A stretch of 64,000 nucleotides of DNA. Source: Candidatus Shapirobacteria bacterium. Its GTDB lineage: Bacteria; Patescibacteriota; Microgenomatia; UBA12405. Where the stretch lies: positions 38,722 through 102,721 of the forward strand of contig JBAZML010000001.1 of NCBI GenBank assembly GCA_041649835.1. Direction: 5' to 3'. The notes below the pieces were generated by a model. The model saw only the letters and a list, made by a program, of their open reading frames with translations, did not search any database and was not told the origin of the DNA. This document shows, piece by piece, positions 60,978 through 64,000 of the stretch; position 1 is the first letter of the stretch; each line of letters begins with the position of its first letter. The position numbers and the translations under genes are program-made.

Positions 60978-63900
60978 ATCTAATTATAAGGACAATTATC
61001 ACTAATGCGAGAATTAGATAAAGCCAGTATTTTTGAATAAAGTTTTTAGCTGCTCCTTGAACACCCAGAACACTTCCTTCGCCGGTAGTCTCTGCTGCAC
61101 CCAAGGTACCTGTGTCATTTGTATTTTCTTGACCAGGAGCTAATGCAACATTAGTAACAGGAATAGCACCAGTGTCTGTATTGATTGTAGTTCCTATAGT
61201 GGTTGTTGTCGTGATTGAGGTGACGACGCTGTCACCAACCGGACTGGAACCATTACCGGCATTATCAAAGGCGCGGATGACATAGTAATAATTTTTGTTA
61301 CAGTCAGGAACCGAGTTGGTAACATCGCGTTCTTCATTGGAACCAACAGAGACTGTGGAGACAACTGAGCCGGCATCTAAAATGAAGTTGGTTATATCAG
61401 CCCGATAGACTTCGACCTTGACTGTTTTTCCGCCATCATCAGCAGTTTTAAAGTGAATTTTGTAGTCACAGTTATTCGGGTGATCTTTACGATAATCATT
61501 TGGTGTACCGGGACCGGAGACTTTATACTCCATAGAAACGGTATTACTATCAACTCCATTGGCCATAACTTTAAATTCATAGCTTCCCTCGGTGCTTAAT
61601 ACTGAGGATAAAGAGCAGTGGTTGGCATTGTAACCGGCGTTTGGAGAAGAAATATCAGCACCAAATTGAGTAAAAGTAGCATCGGTAGAATATTTTTTAA
61701 AACATTTTACGATGACAAAGTTTTGGTCAATGTCCAGAGCGACAAAGTTTAGGTTAACGTCATTGGTATTGATTGGTGACTTTGGTATCTCAAGACGAAC
61801 TGATAAATTACCGACAGCAGTCGCATTATTTGGGAATAAGAAGAAGGCGGCAAATAATAGAATAGACAAAACCTTTTTAGATTTTTTAATTAGAGTAAAG
61901 CCTAGTAATGACATAAGGGTACTAATAATTAACCATGAGGTTGAAGAACCGGTTGAAGGAAGCTCCGTAGAAGCACCCAGGACTTCACCAGTTCTGATTT
62001 CCTGTCGTTCAACTCCGGCTCCAATGGAATTTTGAGTTGATTTAACAACCGGAACAATAGTACCAACAAAAGTTGTATTGACATATTGGGAATCTTCACC
62101 TTGGGCATAAACTGTACTAGATTGATATTTAGCATTGCCCATGGCTACGGCTAAATCAGTGTATTCGCCAGGTTGTTGATCTGTACTGATATCGGCAATA
62201 TAACTTAGTTCGACAACATCACCGGCTTTCAAATCACCTAAATTCCAAACTCCAGGAGAATGATATTGAGGTTCGATAATACTACCAGTAACATCGGTAC
62301 CACCAATAGATACGTGGTAAGAACCTAAACGATATTTAAATCCATTTGATAAGAGATCGGTAACCTTGAATCCGGTTACATCATTACCTAAAATTTTGAC
62401 TTTTATTTTGTATCCAACTGAGGAACCGGGAGACAGGTCGCCGACTGCATCGTTGGTTTTTGAGATGGTAGCAGTGGGAGTAACAAGACGGTTTCCAATG
62501 AAACATTGTATATTATCGCCAGCCTTGACGGTAACGAGTTTATGATTATATGAATCACTATCGGCCTGGGCACTGACAGATTTAACGAATTTAAAAGCAG
62601 CTTCACAAGCATCACCAGTTCCGTCACCATTTGAGTCCGTTTGACTTGCATTAGCAACGGAAGGACAATTATCTTCGCTGTCACATATTTCATCCCTGTC
62701 AATATCAGAACAATTACCTTGGGTTGGAGTAGCAGTAGGTTGTTGACAGTGACCATTTCCTGATGGGTTGTTACCGGTAACACAGACCAATCCACTACAA
62801 CAACTTTTTTCGGAATTGTTTATCTGACACTCAGCGTTTTCGTGTTTACACTGAGGAGCTTGTGTTGGACCAGTTGTTGGTGTCTGAGTTACTGTTGGAG
62901 TAGGTCTGGAATCACTAGAACACGTGATTCCAGTTTGAGTCCAACCATCTTGCATGACCTCACTTAAGGTATAAGTGCTTGGAGTAAGTTGATCAAAAAT
63001 AGCCCCTTTATTACCGGTGATTTTTGTATCGCCGGATAAATTGACAATCCAGCCAGGTAAAACTTTGTCGATATCTTCATTATATTTACCATCGTTATCA
63101 ATATCGTTAAATTTAGTGACATTTATTTGACCTAATTGTTGATTACCAAAATTATATTCATGACCAGAAACATAATTTGTACTATTTGGAAATTGACCAG
63201 AATTACCGTCAGGTAGACTGATTAAATGACAATTATCGTCTTTATCAGTAGTTGGATATATTGGTCTCCAACCATCTTGTAAAACTTCACAAACTTTATA
63301 TTGACCTGGAAGAAGATTTTCAAACCAGTACCAACCGAAGTGTGACGTACCGATGTCAGTATTCATCGTTTTTATTGGAGTAGGTTCATAGCCACCAGCA
63401 TTGTTTGATTTATATAGATTTATCGTCCAACCAGGTAATAATTCTTCGTTGAAGCTGGAAACTGGACCACCACTACCATCAGCATCACTCCACTTGTAAC
63501 CATGAATGGAACCTTCGGGTTGGTTTCCGAAATACATTTGATTGTTGGATTCATTATCAACATGCATTGTATAGCTTTGACAATTACCGGTAGTTAAAGT
63601 CCAACCATCTTGTTTGACTTCTTTTATCCAATAGGTTTGGCCTAAATATAGGTTCTCAAAACTAGCAGTACCTGGTTTGCCTAAATCACCGTTTGTTATT
63701 GCAGTCATGCTTGGAGATCCAGTACAAGTGTTATTTTCATAGAGTTCAAATGTCCAACCGTCTAAAAATCTTTCACTCTCTTCTATTGTTTGATTACCGT
63801 TCAAATCTTCGAATTTACTGACATAGAGGGGAGAGGCAATTTTAGTATTAGTAAAGACACAAGTAATCGTCTCACCCGAATCAAGCTCTAAATTACCGTA

Positions 63901-64000
63901 AGTTTCAGTATCTCCAATTGAACTAGTGCAAGTTTTGTCAGTCAATACCCATCCCGGAGGTACTATTTCGTTAAAGCTGTAAGTTCCAGCAATTAACCAA
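60940..64000 (-). CDS. Large cell-surface adhesin-like protein. The N-terminus lies beyond the window. It has Cna-B/SdrD-B-like repeats, a TSP3 repeat, an internal LPSTG sorting signal, then a second signal-like segment, an FN3-like module and a C-terminal TM anchor.
   Basis: The reading frame stays open from the window edge (64000) down to the stop at 60940. The ORF-track start at 63945 is a TTG. Repeated …DxDGxGxxxxxExxLxGWTFxLY… units. LPSTG-SSTSWLIISTLMSLLGFTLI-KKSKK is encoded at about 61860..61962. Confidence 0.8.
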   Translation of the reverse strand, partial: WLIAGTYSFNEIVPPGWVLTDKTCTSSIGDTETYGNLELDSGETITCVFTNTKIASPLYVSKFEDLNGNQTIEESERFLDGWTFELYENNTCTGSPSMTAITNGDLGKPGTASFENLYLGQTYWIKEVKQDGWTLTTGNCQSYTMHVDNESNNQMYFGNQPEGSIHGYKWSDADGSGGPVSSFNEELLPGWTINLYKSNNAGGYEPTPIKTMNTDIGTSHFGWYWFENLLPGQYKVCEVLQDGWRPIYPTTDKDDNCHLISLPDGNSGQFPNSTNYVSGHEYNFGNQQLGQINVTKFNDIDNDGKYNEDIDKVLPGWIVNLSGDTKITGNKGAIFDQLTPSTYTLSEVMQDGWTQTGITCSSDSRPTPTVTQTPTTGPTQAPQCKHENAECQINNSEKSCCSGLVCVTGNNPSGNGHCQQPTATPTQGNCSDIDRDEICDSEDNCPSVANASQTDSNGDGTGDACEAAFKFVKSVSAQADSDSYNHKLVTVKAGDNIQCFIGNRLVTPTATISKTNDAVGDLSPGSSVGYKIKVKILGNDVTGFKVTDLLSNGFKYRLGSYHVSIGGTDVTGSIIEPQYHSPGVWNLGDLKAGDVVELSYIADISTDQQPGEYTDLAVAMGNAKYQSSTVYAQGEDSQYVNTTFVGTIVPVVKSTQNSIGAGVERQEIRTGEVLGASTELPSTGSSTSWLIISTLMSLLGFTLIKKSKKVLSILLFAAFFLFPNNATAVGNLSVRLEIPKSPINTNDVNLNFVALDIDQNFVIVKCFKKYSTDATFTQFGADISSPNAGYNANHCSLSSVLSTEGSYEFKVMANGVDSNTVSMEYKVSGPGTPNDYRKDHPNNCDYKIHFKTADDGGKTVKVEVYRADITNFILDAGSVVSTVSVGSNEERDVTNSVPDCNKNYYYVIRAFDNAGNGSSPVGDSVVTSITTTTTIGTTINTDTGAIPVTNVALAPGQENTNDTGTLGAAETTGEGSVLGVQGAAKNFIQKYWLYLILALVIIVLIIRYVSEKKKSTRRK

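Noticed and set aside
63945-63945. ORF-track start (M) of the 1001-aa adhesin ORF
   Set aside because: The codon is TTG. The frame stays open upstream to the window edge (…WLIAGTYSFNEIVPPGWV-L-TDKTC…), so the gene is 5'-truncated by the window rather than starting here.
1-64000. CRISPR arrays, IS elements/transposases, integrases or prophage genes
   Set aside because: No direct-repeat/spacer periodicity, no transposase/integrase-like ORFs and no terminal inverted repeats were seen. The accessory content here is surface-protein related, not mobile-element related.

Overview
This is an AT-rich (roughly 35% GC), gene-dense bacterial chromosomal segment that uses the standard genetic code. TGA serves as a stop codon (for example at 7032..7034), and long ORFs are uninterrupted. 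The first ~53 kb is mostly housekeeping. Recognised genes are secA (partial), serS, lysS, greA, a small rel/spoT homolog, the contiguous uvrC-uvrA-uvrB genes and a comM-yraN-dprA competence-type cluster. Further recognised genes are tRNA-Glu(CUC), ssb, an FKBP gene, pyrH, a phosphohexomutase gene, argS, lon, era, obg, rlmN, trxA and a dus gene. This stretch also holds tRNA-Gln(CUG), mtnP-apt, pyk, an rmlA-like gene, GT2 glycosyltransferases and trmD, plus sortase, LCP-family and CAP-domain envelope genes. The envelope genes point to a Gram-positive-type envelope in a reduced genome. The idea that the source is a CPR/Saccharibacteria-like organism is inference only. The right end (about 53.5-64 kb, all minus strand) is an accessory cell-surface cluster containing several linked components. 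It has a SipW-type (archaeal/ER-type) signal peptidase fused in frame to a protein carrying a SipW-cognate (TasA/camelysin-like) signal. It has a separate 184-aa TasA-like protein and a second sortase. The last gene is a protein over 1000 aa with Cna-B repeats, a thrombospondin-type-3 repeat and an internal LPSTG sorting signal followed by a second signal-peptide-like module. This gene runs off the window edge. A second oddity is a 1066-aa protein with a NusA-N-terminal-like cytoplasmic domain fused to a polytopic membrane region and a large VIT-like domain. All calls are from reading the sequence and ORF translations. No database searches were run.
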